The notes: generated from the sequence alone by a model not told the origin. Numbered from the stretch's first letter, positions 1 through 10,530 are shown. The stretch is 64,000 nt of DNA from an uncultured SAR86 cluster bacterium (GCA_902595065.1 CACJOM010000001.1:67463-131462); one strand, 5' to 3'. Translations and numbers: made by a program.

Positions 1-3000
1 CTCAGCACCTGGAATTAAGTTCTTTAAATTTGATAACATCTGACAACCATTACAAACGCCAAAAGTAAATGTTTCATCTCTATTAAAAAAGCGTTCGAAC
101 GAATCTCTTACAGCATTGTTATAACTAATGCTTGAAGACCAGCCTCCTCCAGCTCCCAGGACATCTCCGTAAGAAAAACCACCACAAGCTGCCAAGCCTT
201 GAAATTCTATAAGCAAATCAGGGTTATCAAGAAGGTCTTGCATATGAATATCAAAAGCATCGAATCCGGCCAACATAAATGCTGCAGCCATTTCATTTTG
301 GCCGTTGACTCCCTGCTCTCTCAAAATTGCCACCTTAGGTTTTGTATTTTTTTTAAAGTCAGGGAGATGGGCAGAAAATTGAAAATTGTCTTTAGCAACC
401 AAGCCTTGATTATCAAAGCTTTCAATCAGATCAAACTCTTCTCTTGCACTAACAGGGTTATCTCTAGAAGATTTAATTGAATACGAGGTTTCATTCCAGA
501 TTTTTTCTAAATTTACTACTGAATCGGAAAACTCAATTCTATCACTTGAGGAAATAGAAATTTGAGCATCAGATCTCAGTGTTGCACATTTTTGGTAATC
601 AATATCAATCTGTTTTAAAAAATCTAACGCTTGATCTTTAAATTCATTATGAAGTTGAGCTACAGCCCCTGTTTCCTCAGAAAAGAGATATTGCATTAAA
701 GCGTCATTTTGATTAATTTCTGGAGTGAAAATTTCTAAACCAACCTTATTAGTAAATGATAATTCTGCAAGAGTAGTAAATAATCCTCCATCAGAAACAT
801 CATGCAAAGCAACGATCCAGCCTCGCTTAATTAGCTCCTGAATTGAATTAAATAGGTTTTTTAATGATTGAACATTATCAATATCTGGAACCCTTTGAAT
901 ACTGGAAGAGGTAACTTCTTCAAAAATAGAGCCGCCTAATCTAGATTTATTATTCAAAAATAAATGATATAAATCTTTTGAACCATTTTCACTGAATTCA
1001 GTTGTTATGGCCATTGATACATCCTCAACTGGAGCCATAGCAGTAATGACGCCTGACAAAGGACTCTTCACCTCAAGTTGCTTACCATCTTCATGCCACT
1101 TTGTTTTCATAGACAAAGAATCTTTGCCTACTGGTATAGCAATTCCTAACTCAACACATATTTTTGATAAAGCTTCAACTCCTAGTCTCAAGGCATAATT
1201 GTCATTCTCATCTCCACATGCTGCCATCCAATTTGCTGAAAGTCTCACTAGATCTAGGTTTTTAACTGGAGCAGAAATTAAATTCATTAGCGCTTCAGCC
1301 AAGGCCATCCTCATAGAGGCTGCTGGATTTTTGATTGCAAGAGTTGGCTTTTCTCCAATTGATAAAACATCTCCCTCATTACTGAGAAATGATTTAGTTG
1401 ACATAGCATAGTTTGAAGTAGGCACTTGATATCTACCCACTAGTTGATCACGAGCAACCAATCCACCAACAGTTCTATCACCAATAGTAATTAAAAAGGA
1501 CTTTGAAGCTACAGAAGGATGCGAAAGCACTCTCTGAATTACTTCAGATAAATCTAAATCATTATTAAAAGAATCAGTTATTTGCCTAACTGCTGGGATA
1601 TTAACTGACATGTTAGAAATAGGTAAGTTGCCAAACAACATTGATAATGGTACTTGAACAGGGAATTCATCTCTTTCAGAATCAAAAACCTCAACCGCAT
1701 CTGATGAGGTAGTTTTGCCAACAAAAGCAACTGGGCATCTTTCTCTGCGACATATACTTTCAAAAATAACTTTGTTTGTTTTTTTAATTGCTAAAACATA
1801 ACGCTCTTGAGATTCGTTTGACCAAACCTCCATAGGAGAGAGGCTTGGATCGGCAACAGGTATTAAGCTTAAGTCTATAGCAACACCAAGATTGCAGTCT
1901 TTAGCCAATTCTGGAATTGCATTTGAAAGCCCTCCTGCTCCAACATCATGAATAAATTCTATAAGGTTTGGTGATTCAAATGCGCATTGGTTAATTACCT
2001 CCTGACATCTCCTTTCCATTTCGGCATTTTCTCTTTGAACAGAAGCAAAATCTAAATCTTCATCACTTTCTCCAGATGACATGGATGAGGCCGCCCCACC
2101 CCCCAATCCTATGAGCATTGAAGGACCACCCAACACAACAACCAAATCACCAATTTCTATAGGATTTTTAATACTATTTCTGTCTTTAACCTCACCTATG
2201 CCTCCAGCTAACATAATTGGTTTGTGGTATCCGTATGTTCGATTGTCAACAAAGGGCTGCTCAAAGACTCTAAAGTAACCAAGAGTGCTTGGTCGTCCAA
2301 ATTCATTGTTAAAGGCTGCTGCGCCAATAGGTCCCTCAATCATAATTTGTAAAGGAGAGGCAATCCTTGAGGGCATGTTCGACAGTTTTTCCCATGCACG
2401 AGGAAAATCCTCCAATCTAAGATTGGAAACATTAAAACCAACCAATCCCATTTTAGGCTTCGCACCAGAGCCTGTTGCGCCCTCGTCTCTTATTTCTCCA
2501 CCAGAACCAGTTGCAGCTCCTGGAAAAGGAGATATAGCTGTAGGGTGATTATGGGTTTCAACTTTTAAAGTTGAATTTATTTTTTCAGAAGAAAAACTAT
2601 AGCTATTTTTTAAATTTCTATTTAACGTCATCACAGCAGCCCCTGAAATAACAGCAGCATTATCTTTATAAGCAGAAATTAAATCTAATTTATTGCCTTT
2701 GCTTGTTTTTTTGATTAGATCAAATAGAGACTCCTCTTGAGAAATAGAATTTATTATCCAAGCTGCATTAAATATTTTGTGTCTACAATGCTCAGAATTA
2801 GCTTGCGCAAACATCATTAATTCAGCATCAGTAGGATTCCGAGAAACAGATGTATAGAAATGATCTAGATAATTAATTTCCTCCTCGGATAATGCTAATC
2901 CCAGATCTTGATTCGCTTTGATTAAGGAATCTACAGCTCCTTTAGAGATATCAATATGTATCAAAGGCTTTCTTTTTACATCGCCACCAACTGAAGCAAT

Positions 3001-3420
3001 ATCCTTTGAGCTCATAAAGACTTCCTGGGTCATTCGATCAAACAAACATGACAAACTTAAATGAGCTGCAGTTTTGTTATTTTCTAAAAAATAACCAACA
3101 TACTTTTCAATTCTTTTGACACCTTGAATACCAACATTAGCAATTATTTCGCTTGTTTTAGATGCCCATGGACTAATAGTTCCAGATCTTGGGCCAATAA
3201 AAAAATTAGGTATATTTGAGGGTTCACTAGAGTTCAATAACTCTAGTAGTTTCGAATGATCAAAAAAATCTTGGCTTACATCTACAGAATAAAAATCATA
3301 GCCACTTAATTCTTCAATTTGAAAATGATTTTCTAAATTCAGGTCAGATTTGAGAGATGAAATTTTTGACGGCGAAAAACTGGAGGGACCCTGAAGCAGC
3401 AAATTAAGATTTTTTGACAC
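1..3420 (-). CDS. purL: Phosphoribosylformylglycinamidine synthase, large single-chain type; 3' end runs off the window
   Basis: Absent from the ORF track because it has no stop in the window. Translated by hand at both ends: GTG at 3420 gives MSKNLNLLLQGPSSFSPSKI, and the left end gives GGFSYGDVLGAG, GVCNGCQ (glutaminase Cys) and LIPGAE in the same frame. Confidence 0.95.
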   Translation of the reverse strand, partial: MSKNLNLLLQGPSSFSPSKISSLKSDLNLENHFQIEELSGYDFYSVDVSQDFFDHSKLLELLNSSEPSNIPNFFIGPRSGTISPWASKTSEIIANVGIQGVKRIEKYVGYFLENNKTAAHLSLSCLFDRMTQEVFMSSKDIASVGGDVKRKPLIHIDISKGAVDSLIKANQDLGLALSEEEINYLDHFYTSVSRNPTDAELMMFAQANSEHCRHKIFNAAWIINSISQEESLFDLIKKTSKGNKLDLISAYKDNAAVISGAAVMTLNRNLKNSYSFSSEKINSTLKVETHNHPTAISPFPGAATGSGGEIRDEGATGSGAKPKMGLVGFNVSNLRLEDFPRAWEKLSNMPSRIASPLQIMIEGPIGAAAFNNEFGRPSTLGYFRVFEQPFVDNRTYGYHKPIMLAGGIGEVKDRNSIKNPIEIGDLVVVLGGPSMLIGLGGGAASSMSSGESDEDLDFASVQRENAEMERRCQEVINQCAFESPNLIEFIHDVGAGGLSNAIPELAKDCNLGVAIDLSLIPVADPSLSPMEVWSNESQERYVLAIKKTNKVIFESICRRERCPVAFVGKTTSSDAVEVFDSERDEFPVQVPLSMLFGNLPISNMSVNIPAVRQITDSFNNDLDLSEVIQRVLSHPSVASKSFLITIGDRTVGGLVARDQLVGRYQVPTSNYAMSTKSFLSNEGDVLSIGEKPTLAIKNPAASMRMALAEALMNLISAPVKNLDLVRLSANWMAACGDENDNYALRLGVEALSKICVELGIAIPVGKDSLSMKTKWHEDGKQLEVKSPLSGVITAMAPVEDVSMAITTEFSENGSKDLYHLFLNNKSRLGGSIFEEVTSSSIQRVPDIDNVQSLKNLFNSIQELIKRGWIVALHDVSDGGLFTTLAELSFTNKVGLEIFTPEINQNDALMQYLFSEETGAVAQLHNEFKDQALDFLKQIDIDYQKCATLRSDAQISISSSDRIEFSDSVVNLEKIWNETSYSIKSSRDNPVSAREEFDLIESFDNQGLVAKDNFQFSAHLPDFKKNTKPKVAILREQGVNGQNEMAAAFMLAGFDAFDIHMQDLLDNPDLLIEFQGLAACGGFSYGDVLGAGGGWSSSISYNNAVRDSFERFFNRDETFTFGVCNGCQMLSNLKNLIPGAE

Positions 3421-3459
3421 TAGCTCTCTAGTAAAATATTGTAATAATTAATTATAAGG

Positions 3460-4179
3460 ATGTTTAAAATTAAAAAAATAAAAACAATGCAATTCCTTGC
3501 AAAAAACTCAATTATTTTCATCCTGATTTGTGGTCTATATGCCTGCACCAAAGAACCTATAAACACTCCTGTATCAGTTTATTGCAGCACTATAAATGAA
3601 AAATTATATTCCTTTTCAAGACTCAGTGATTTTGAAAAAAATAAATTTGATGAATTAAAAAAATCAAGATTCTTGAAATATAAAAATGATTTTATTGAAG
3701 CTGCAAAAACATTTGAAATTGAATGGGAGCTTCTTGCTGCTGTTGCTTTTCAAGAATCGCAATGGAATCCAAAGGCTAGGTCTGCAACTCAAGTGAAAGG
3801 TATGATGATGTTAACACTCCCCACGGCGGCATCGGTAGGTGTTACAAATCGCCTAGATCCGATTCAAAGTATTTATGGCGGTGCGCAATACATTTCTGAT
3901 CTCAAATCAAGCACGAACTATGGAACTTCATCAGGTGACAAAATTGCATTTATATTAGCTTCTTACAATTTAGGCACTACGAACATAAAGAATGCAATTA
4001 ATGAAATAGATAAAAAACCCATTGAAGTTACTTGGTTAGATTTAGAAGGATATTTGCTCAATTTAAAAACCACTATGGATTCAGAAAACTATTCTAGAGG
4101 TCAGCAAACTGTAGATTTTGTTGAAAGAGTTAGAGATTATTATTATCTCTTGCTAGCTCAAAATTGTAGCGATAGCTAG
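3460..4179 (+). CDS. mltF: MltF-like lytic transglycosylase, SLT domain only, probable lipoprotein (start may be ATG 3487)
   Basis: AFQESQWNP (catalytic Glu), GMMMLT and SYNLG SLT motifs; lipobox-like LYAC after a hydrophobic stretch; divergent from purL as in E. coli. Confidence 0.75.
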   Translation: MFKIKKIKTMQFLAKNSIIFILICGLYACTKEPINTPVSVYCSTINEKLYSFSRLSDFEKNKFDELKKSRFLKYKNDFIEAAKTFEIEWELLAAVAFQESQWNPKARSATQVKGMMMLTLPTAASVGVTNRLDPIQSIYGGAQYISDLKSSTNYGTSSGDKIAFILASYNLGTTNIKNAINEIDKKPIEVTWLDLEGYLLNLKTTMDSENYSRGQQTVDFVERVRDYYYLLLAQNCSDS

Positions 4180-4181
4180 AT

Positions 4182-6191
4182 TTAAGAATTAAGAAGCTGC
4201 CATTTTAAATTTTTGATTTGATCTCTACAAAACGCTGCTTTTTCATACTCAGTTTCTTTTGCATAAATGTACATCTGTTCTTCCAATTTACTAATTGAGG
4301 TTGAAATCTCATCAGGTGTTTCATTTTTAATATTAAAAGGCAGTTCTTTTTCAAAATACTGTGGTTTAGTTTTCTTTGCTTGTTTGGTAACTCTTGCTCC
4401 TTCCATTATATCTTTTATATCTTTTACAATTGATGTTGGGGTGATCTTGTTATCTTTATTAAATTTGACTTGAATTTCTCTCCTTCTAGACATTTCATCC
4501 ATGGCTCTTTGCATGGAACCTGTAATCTTGTCGGCATACATGATTGCCTTGCCTCGAATATTTCTTGCCGCCCTTCCAACTGTCTGAATAAGAGTGACTT
4601 CTGATCTTAAGAAACCCTCTTTATCAGCATCCAATATTGCAACTAAACTAACCTCAGGAATATCAAGACCCTCTCTTAATAGATTAATCCCCACCAAAAC
4701 GTCAAAATGGCCTAACCTTAAATCTCTAATAATTTCAGTTCTTTCTACTGTATCTACATCAGAATGCATATAGCGAGTTCTAATACCATTTTCCTCTAAA
4801 TAGTCTGTAAGATCTTCAGCCATGCGTTTTGTTAGAGTTGTTATCAGCACTCTTTCTTTTAAAGCAGCCCTTTCATTGCATTCACCAATCACATCATCAA
4901 TTTGAGAGGTTGCAGGTCTAATTTCAATCTCAGGGTCAATCAACCCAGTTGGCCTGACCAATAACTCAGCCATATTATCGGAATGCTCTAACTCATACTT
5001 GCCAGGAGTTGCAGACACATAAATTTTTTGTGGCGTAACATCCTCCCACTCTTCAAATCTTAGTGGGCGATTATCCAAAGCAGATGGCAGTCTGAAACCA
5101 TACTCAACTAGAGTCTCTTTTCTTGATCGATCACCTTTATACATCCCTCCAATTTGAGGAACTGAGACATGAGATTCATCCATAAAAACTATTGCATTTT
5201 TAGGTAAATAGTCAAAAAGGCATGGTGGTGGCTCTCCTGGTTTACGTCCAGAAAGATAACGTGAATAATTTTCTATGCCTTGGCAATATCCCAGCTCTTG
5301 CATCATTTCTAAATCGTAAGTTGTTCTCTCCTGCAGCCTTTGTGCCTCAACTAACTTATCATTATCTTTTAAGAACTTAATTCTCTCTTTTAATTCCTCT
5401 CGAACCGTTTTTAAGCAATCCAATACTGTCTCTTTAGGTGTTACATAGTGAGTTTTTGGATAGATTGTAGCTCGAGGTGTTTCATTAATAACTTCACCAG
5501 TTAATGGGTCTATCCAAAGTAAACGCTCTACCTCATCTCCAAATAATTCAATTCTTAGTGCATCTCGCTCTGAATCAGCTGGATATATATCAATCACATC
5601 TCCTCGCACTCTAAAAGTTGCGCGCCTGAAATCTATGTCATTTCGGGTGTATTGCATAGAAGATAGACGACGCAAAATACTTCTCTGATCAATTGTTTCG
5701 CCTCTGTCCAAATGCAAGATCATATTCAGATAAGATTCAGGAGCGCCCAAACCATATATTGCTGATACCGTAGCTACCACGATGGTGTCATTTCTTTCTA
5801 ATAAAGCCTTGGTTGCTGAGAGGCGCATTTGCTCAATGTGCTCGTTAACAGATGCATCTTTTGCAATATAAGTATCTGAGGTGGGCACATAAGCTTCGGG
5901 CTGGTAATAATCATAATAAGAAACAAAATACTCAACAGAATTTTTTGGGAAGAAATCTTTAAGTTCTCCGTATAACTGGGCAGCTAATGTTTTATTTGGA
6001 GCCATAACCACAGCAGGTCTCTGGGTTGATTCGATGATTTTAGCCATGGTGTAGGTCTTCCCAGACCCAGTTACTCCAAGCAATACTTGATGCAATAATC
6101 CATCATTTAAACCATTAACAAGGGTTTTTATTGCTGTTGGCTGACTGCCAGCAGGCTCAAACGGAGATATAACGGTTAAATTTTTTGTCAT
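4182..6191 (-). CDS. uvrB: Excinuclease ABC subunit B
   Basis: GVTGSGKT Walker [11 protein letters not shown] beta-hairpin, DESH box, C-terminal UVR coil. Confidence 0.98.
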   Translation of the reverse strand: MTKNLTVISPFEPAGSQPTAIKTLVNGLNDGLLHQVLLGVTGSGKTYTMAKIIESTQRPAVVMAPNKTLAAQLYGELKDFFPKNSVEYFVSYYDYYQPEAYVPTSDTYIAKDASVNEHIEQMRLSATKALLERNDTIVVATVSAIYGLGAPESYLNMILHLDRGETIDQRSILRRLSSMQYTRNDIDFRRATFRVRGDVIDIYPADSERDALRIELFGDEVERLLWIDPLTGEVINETPRATIYPKTHYVTPKETVLDCLKTVREELKERIKFLKDNDKLVEAQRLQERTTYDLEMMQELGYCQGIENYSRYLSGRKPGEPPPCLFDYLPKNAIVFMDESHVSVPQIGGMYKGDRSRKETLVEYGFRLPSALDNRPLRFEEWEDVTPQKIYVSATPGKYELEHSDNMAELLVRPTGLIDPEIEIRPATSQIDDVIGECNERAALKERVLITTLTKRMAEDLTDYLEENGIRTRYMHSDVDTVERTEIIRDLRLGHFDVLVGINLLREGLDIPEVSLVAILDADKEGFLRSEVTLIQTVGRAARNIRGKAIMYADKITGSMQRAMDEMSRRREIQVKFNKDNKITPTSIVKDIKDIMEGARVTKQAKKTKPQYFEKELPFNIKNETPDEISTSISKLEEQMYIYAKETEYEKAAFCRDQIKNLKWQLLNS

Positions 6192-6237
6192 TATCCTGTT
6201 TTACTTTATGAATTTTAATTTATAATTCTCAACTTGT

Positions 6238-6312
6238 TCCCTGATAGCTCAGCGGTAGAGCAGTTGACTGTTAATCAATTGGTCCGTGGTTCGATCCCAC
6301 GTCAGGGAGCCA
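6238..6312 (+). tRNA. tRNA-Asn (GTT)
   Basis: Acceptor stem TCCCTGA/TCAGGGA, D arm TAGCTCAGCGGTAGAGC, anticodon loop CTGTTAA, T loop GGTTCGATCC, encoded CCA. Confidence 0.97.
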
Positions 6313-6418
6313 TTCTTTTAGCCAATCTTCAATTTTAATCTATTTGTTAAACTCATGCATGGTGTGTTTTTCACTTAACTTTATTTTATTTTTACAGGCT
6401 TTCGGTAATAATCATTAA

Positions 6419-7288
6419 ATGAAAAGATTGCAAGATAAAGTCGCCGTGATAACAGGCGCTGGAAGCGGTATTGGCAAAGAAACTGCGTTACTATTTTTAG
6501 AGCATGGCGCTAAAGTTATTTTGTCAGATATTAATAAAGACACTCTTGAAGAAACTTTTGAAATTATCAAACAAAAGAAACTAGATTCTAATGCATGTAT
6601 TTCTATCACGGATGTTTCATTAGAAAATGATATTAAAAACATGATCAACCTTGCAGTCGATCATTTTGGTGGTTTAGATATCCTTTTTAATAACGCAGGT
6701 ATTGGTGGCGCAGTTGGTCCAATTACACATATTAATGGAGATGAATGGGATAAATCATTTCAAATACTTTTAAAGTCTGTTTTTCTAGGCTCAAAATATG
6801 CAGCTAGAGTCATGAAAAAGAATATATCAGGAGGCTCTATTATTAATACAGCATCAATTGCAGGCATGGGAGGTGGATCTGGCCCCCTTGCTTATTCTGC
6901 TGCAAAAGCTGGAGTCATAAATTTTTGTAAAAATGCTGCTATTGAGCTGGGTGAATTCAAGGTAAGGGTAAATGCTATTTCACCAGGAACAATAAATACA
7001 CCTCTTTTAGCAACAGCAATTGAAGATAGTAAACTTGAACAACCCATCAAAGATTTCGGTATGCCAATTGATATTGCATATACAGCTTTATTCCTTGCAT
7101 CAGATGAATCAAGGTTTATTACAGGAATCAATATATGCGTTGATGGTGGCCTTACTCTGGACAATTCAGGATTAATGGTAGATGCGGCTGAACACTACTC
7201 GAAAATGGGAATCGAAAGAGTTGTTGGGATGAATATGGGTTCAACAGGCATTGAATCTGTTATTGCGGACTTGCAAGAAGATGATTAA
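6419..7288 (+). CDS. Classical short-chain dehydrogenase/reductase, substrate unknown
   Basis: TGAGSGIG, NNAG, YSAAK motifs; C-terminal extension of about 35 aa. Confidence 0.9.
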   Translation: MKRLQDKVAVITGAGSGIGKETALLFLEHGAKVILSDINKDTLEETFEIIKQKKLDSNACISITDVSLENDIKNMINLAVDHFGGLDILFNNAGIGGAVGPITHINGDEWDKSFQILLKSVFLGSKYAARVMKKNISGGSIINTASIAGMGGGSGPLAYSAAKAGVINFCKNAAIELGEFKVRVNAISPGTINTPLLATAIEDSKLEQPIKDFGMPIDIAYTALFLASDESRFITGINICVDGGLTLDNSGLMVDAAEHYSKMGIERVVGMNMGSTGIESVIADLQEDD

Positions 7289-8655
7289 GACTTCTTCCAA
7301 CTAGTTCCAGCGCTAGAGTCATCAAGCAATATACCTTGTGCTGCTAATTCATCTCTTATCTGATCAGCTTTTTGAAAATCCTTATTATCTCTTGCCTGAT
7401 TTCTTTCTTCTATTTTTTGGTTAATTTCTCCATCAGTTAAATTTGCACCATACTGAAAAAAAGCTTCAGGACTATCATTAAGCAGCCCTAAGACTTTGCC
7501 CAACTCTTTCATGGTTGATGCGTACATGCTCTGATCTTGTGAATCCTTACTACTATTAATTGATTTCGCTAATCCAAATAGAATGCTTAATGCCTCAGGG
7601 GTGTTTAAATCATCATTCATTGAATCTATAAATTCCTTAACACTATCATCATGCAAATCTGACTCTTGTAATGGTGCAAGCGATGCAGCCTGATAAAGTC
7701 TTGTTAAAGCTGATCGCGCTTGATCAAGAGAGTCGCTATCAAAATTTAAAGAACTTCTATAATGACTAGAGATTAAGTAATATCGAATGACTTCTGGATG
7801 ATAGGAAGTAAATAAATCTTTCAGCATTGCAAAATTACCTAAAGATTTTGACATCTTTTCGCCATTAATTTTTAACAGTCCTGAATGCATCCAATAGTTT
7901 GCAAATTTATGATCAGAAGCACATTCAGATTGCGCTATTTCGTTCTCATGATGAGGGAATAATAAATCTGGACCTCCCCCGTGGATATCAAAATGCCTAC
8001 CTAAATTTTCTAGTGACATAACTGAACACTCAATATGCCACCCAGGCCTTCCAGGGCCCCATGGTGAGTCCCATGACGGCTCATTTGGCTTAGCGCTTTT
8101 CCAAAGCACAAAATCCAACGGATCTTTTTTTGATCCATCCTCTGCAATTCTAGAGCCTGGATTTAAATCGTCGATATTTTTATTTGATAATTTTCCATAC
8201 TCAGGAAATGTTCGTACTGCAAAAAAAACATCCCCACCTGCAGAGTGATAAGCATGCCCTTTATCAATAAGCGTACTAATCATTTTAATCATGCCCTCAA
8301 TATGATTGGTTGCACGAGGTTCATTCGTGGGGAGTGCCAATCCAAGCATGGCAAAATCTTCTTGCATACTCGCAATTGTTCTATCTGTAAGAGCGTCTAT
8401 TGTCTCTTTATTTTCATTAGCTCTTTCAATAATTTTGTCGTCTATATCAGTAATATTGCGAATAAAATTTACTTTATAATTTTGAAATCGAAGATAGCGG
8501 GCAAGAATATCAAAAGCCATCATCGCTCTTGCGTGACCTAAATGACAATTATCGTATACCGTCATTCCACAGACATATAAACCAACCTCGCCCTCGCGTA
8601 TGGGAACAAAATCTTCCTTCTGATTAGTTAAGGAATTATAAAACTTAATTGCCAT
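7285..8655 (-). CDS. cysS: Cysteine--tRNA ligase
   Basis: CGMTVYDNCHLGH (HIGH-like), PGWHIEC, KMSKS. Confidence 0.98.
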   Translation of the reverse strand: MAIKFYNSLTNQKEDFVPIREGEVGLYVCGMTVYDNCHLGHARAMMAFDILARYLRFQNYKVNFIRNITDIDDKIIERANENKETIDALTDRTIASMQEDFAMLGLALPTNEPRATNHIEGMIKMISTLIDKGHAYHSAGGDVFFAVRTFPEYGKLSNKNIDDLNPGSRIAEDGSKKDPLDFVLWKSAKPNEPSWDSPWGPGRPGWHIECSVMSLENLGRHFDIHGGGPDLLFPHHENEIAQSECASDHKFANYWMHSGLLKINGEKMSKSLGNFAMLKDLFTSYHPEVIRYYLISSHYRSSLNFDSDSLDQARSALTRLYQAASLAPLQESDLHDDSVKEFIDSMNDDLNTPEALSILFGLAKSINSSKDSQDQSMYASTMKELGKVLGLLNDSPEAFFQYGANLTDGEINQKIEERNQARDNKDFQKADQIRDELAAQGILLDDSSAGTSWKKS

Positions 8656-8716
8656 CTATTATTTGATATATGAATCACTTATTATAAAGAACTTAATTGG
8701 AATGTAGGTTTTATTA

Positions 8717-9337
8717 ATGTCAAAAACACAAATTAGTACCTTAATAATTATTGTAACCGCAGTTGCATCAATCTTCTTCCTGTCACTCATTGATCAAAAA
8801 GATCAAACTGAATATTATCCAGAGGAGGATCAAATGTCACTTGTTACTATTTCTACTTCAGCCGGAGACATCCATTTAGAACTTGATGCTGATAACGCAC
8901 CCATAACCGTAGCGAACTTTTTAAAATTAGCTGAAGACGGCTATTATACAGGCACAATCTTTCATAGAATTATTGAAGGATTTATGGTGCAAGGTGGCGG
9001 TCTAGATGAAAATATGACTCCTAAACCAACAAATACTGATCCAATCCAAAATGAGGCCAATAACGGATTAAAGAATGATCGTGGTTCTATTGCGATGGCC
9101 AGAACCATGGATCCTCATTCTGCTACTGGTCAATTTTTCATAAATCATAAAGATAACGATTTTCTAAATCATACAGCTGAAACCTCTCAAGGCTGGGGCT
9201 ATGCAGTTTTTGGTTCTGTCATTAATGGTATGGATGTGGTGGATCAAATAGCTCTGAGCACAACCTCTACTGTTGGCGGCTACGCTGATGCTCCTCTTGA
9301 ACCAACAGTTATTAACTCAGTTACAGTGAGTGAATGA
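8717..9337 (+). CDS. ppiB: Cyclophilin-type peptidyl-prolyl isomerase with an N-terminal hydrophobic extension; second start at 8834
   Basis: FHRII-GFMVQGGG, AMART, SATGQFFIN, WGYAVFG; conserved cysS/ppiB/lpxH synteny. Confidence 0.92.
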   Translation: MSKTQISTLIIIVTAVASIFFLSLIDQKDQTEYYPEEDQMSLVTISTSAGDIHLELDADNAPITVANFLKLAEDGYYTGTIFHRIIEGFMVQGGGLDENMTPKPTNTDPIQNEANNGLKNDRGSIAMARTMDPHSATGQFFINHKDNDFLNHTAETSQGWGYAVFGSVINGMDVVDQIALSTTSTVGGYADAPLEPTVINSVTVSE

Positions 9338-10044
9338 AGTTAGGGTTTATATCTGATCTTCATTTATCTGAAAATACTCCCTCTGTAACAGAGGGCTTTT
9401 TTGAGTTTTTAAAAACTTCTGCCCAAGAGCTATCTCATCTATACATATTAGGTGATCTGTTTGAGGCATGGGTTGGAGATGATGATAATTCTGAACTGGC
9501 CATCGGTGTGATGAAAAAAATAAATCATGCCACTCGCAATGGATTGGAGATATTTTTTATTCATGGAAACAGAGACTTTTTATGCGGTCAAAAATTTGCT
9601 GAACAATCTAATCTAACTCTTCTTCCAGATCCATTCTTTTTAAATTTTTTTGATCTAAAAATTGCTCTCTCACATGGAGATAGCTTTTGTACCGAAGATC
9701 TTGAGTACATGAAATTTAAAAAAGAAGTTAGGTCACAAAAATGGCAGCAGGAATTTCTGCAAAAACCCTTAATTGATCGTCTCAATATTGCATCAAACAT
9801 GCGTGATGCTAGTCAAAAAAATAATAGAAATAAAAATGTTGCCATTATGGATGTCACTCCTGCTGCCATTGAAGAATTTTTTGATGAACATCATATAGAT
9901 TTACTAATTCATGGTCATACCCATCGACCAAATACTCATCAAACTAATACTGGCACTCGAATTGTATTAGGTGACTGGCATAAAACTGGTTGGTGCCTAA
10001 TGCTTGATGAGCAGCAACAAGAATTAAGAGAATTTACCCTTTAA
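9334..10044 (+). CDS. lpxH: UDP-2,3-diacylglucosamine diphosphatase
   Basis: Metallophosphoesterase motifs SDLH, GDLFE, GNRD, HGD, HGHTH; follows ppiB. Confidence 0.95.
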   Translation: MKLGFISDLHLSENTPSVTEGFFEFLKTSAQELSHLYILGDLFEAWVGDDDNSELAIGVMKKINHATRNGLEIFFIHGNRDFLCGQKFAEQSNLTLLPDPFFLNFFDLKIALSHGDSFCTEDLEYMKFKKEVRSQKWQQEFLQKPLIDRLNIASNMRDASQKNNRNKNVAIMDVTPAAIEEFFDEHHIDLLIHGHTHRPNTHQTNTGTRIVLGDWHKTGWCLMLDEQQQELREFTL

Positions 10045-10067
10045 AACTATTGTTTGTTAACTAATAA

Positions 10068-10087
10068 TACTGTATAAATATACAGTA
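10068..10087 (+). promoter_or_regulatory. LexA (SOS) box overlapping the umuDC promoter
   Basis: TACTGTATAAATATACAGTA matches CTGT-N8-ACAG. A candidate -35 TTGTTT (10050) and -10 TATAAA (10073) are 17 nt apart, with the -10 inside the box. Confidence 0.92.
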
Positions 10088-10098
10088 TTTTAAATCCC

Positions 10099-10530
10099 AT
10101 GACTATTAATTATCTCGGTTCAATATCGGCAAATGATCTGCCTGCTACTTTTACAAAATTTTTTGTAGAACCAGTATCCGTTGGCTTTCCAAGTCCTGCC
10201 AATGACTACCTAGAAAGCCCTATTGATCTAAATCAATACCTTATTAAAAATGGTGCAGCTACTTTCTTGGTGAGAGTGTCTGGAGATTCGATGCTAGATG
10301 CAAATATTGCAGATCAAGCCATCTTAATAGTTGATCGCAGTCTTAAACCAAAGCATGGAAGTATTGTGGTTGCTTCTTTAGATGGTGATTTTGTATGCAA
10401 ACGATTACAACTAAAACCGCGACTGTGCTTACTGCCAGAAAATCCGAAATATAAACCCATCTACATTCAGCATGGTCAAGATCTCGATATTATGGGAACA
10501 GTAACTGCAGCTATTAATAAGTTTGAATGA
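10099..10530 (+). CDS. umuD: DNA polymerase V subunit UmuD (S24 peptidase)
   Basis: GFPSPA cleavage-site motif, GDSM (Ser) and VCKRL (Lys). Confidence 0.95.
   Translation: MTINYLGSISANDLPATFTKFFVEPVSVGFPSPANDYLESPIDLNQYLIKNGAATFLVRVSGDSMLDANIADQAILIVDRSLKPKHGSIVVASLDGDFVCKRLQLKPRLCLLPENPKYKPIYIQHGQDLDIMGTVTAAINKFE

Noticed and set aside
199-2548. Short ORFs on both strands in the first 2.5 kb
   Set aside because: All lie inside purL, which the track missed because it has no stop in the window; they are antisense or off-frame shadows.
6192-6237. Possible SOS box upstream of uvrB (CTGT present)
   Set aside because: There is no ACAG/CAG half-site at the required spacing.
6404-6432. GGTAAT upstream of the tRNA-adjacent SDR as a fourth operator copy
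   Set aside because: Only a half-site; the sequence 14 nt downstream is AAGATT, not ATTACC.
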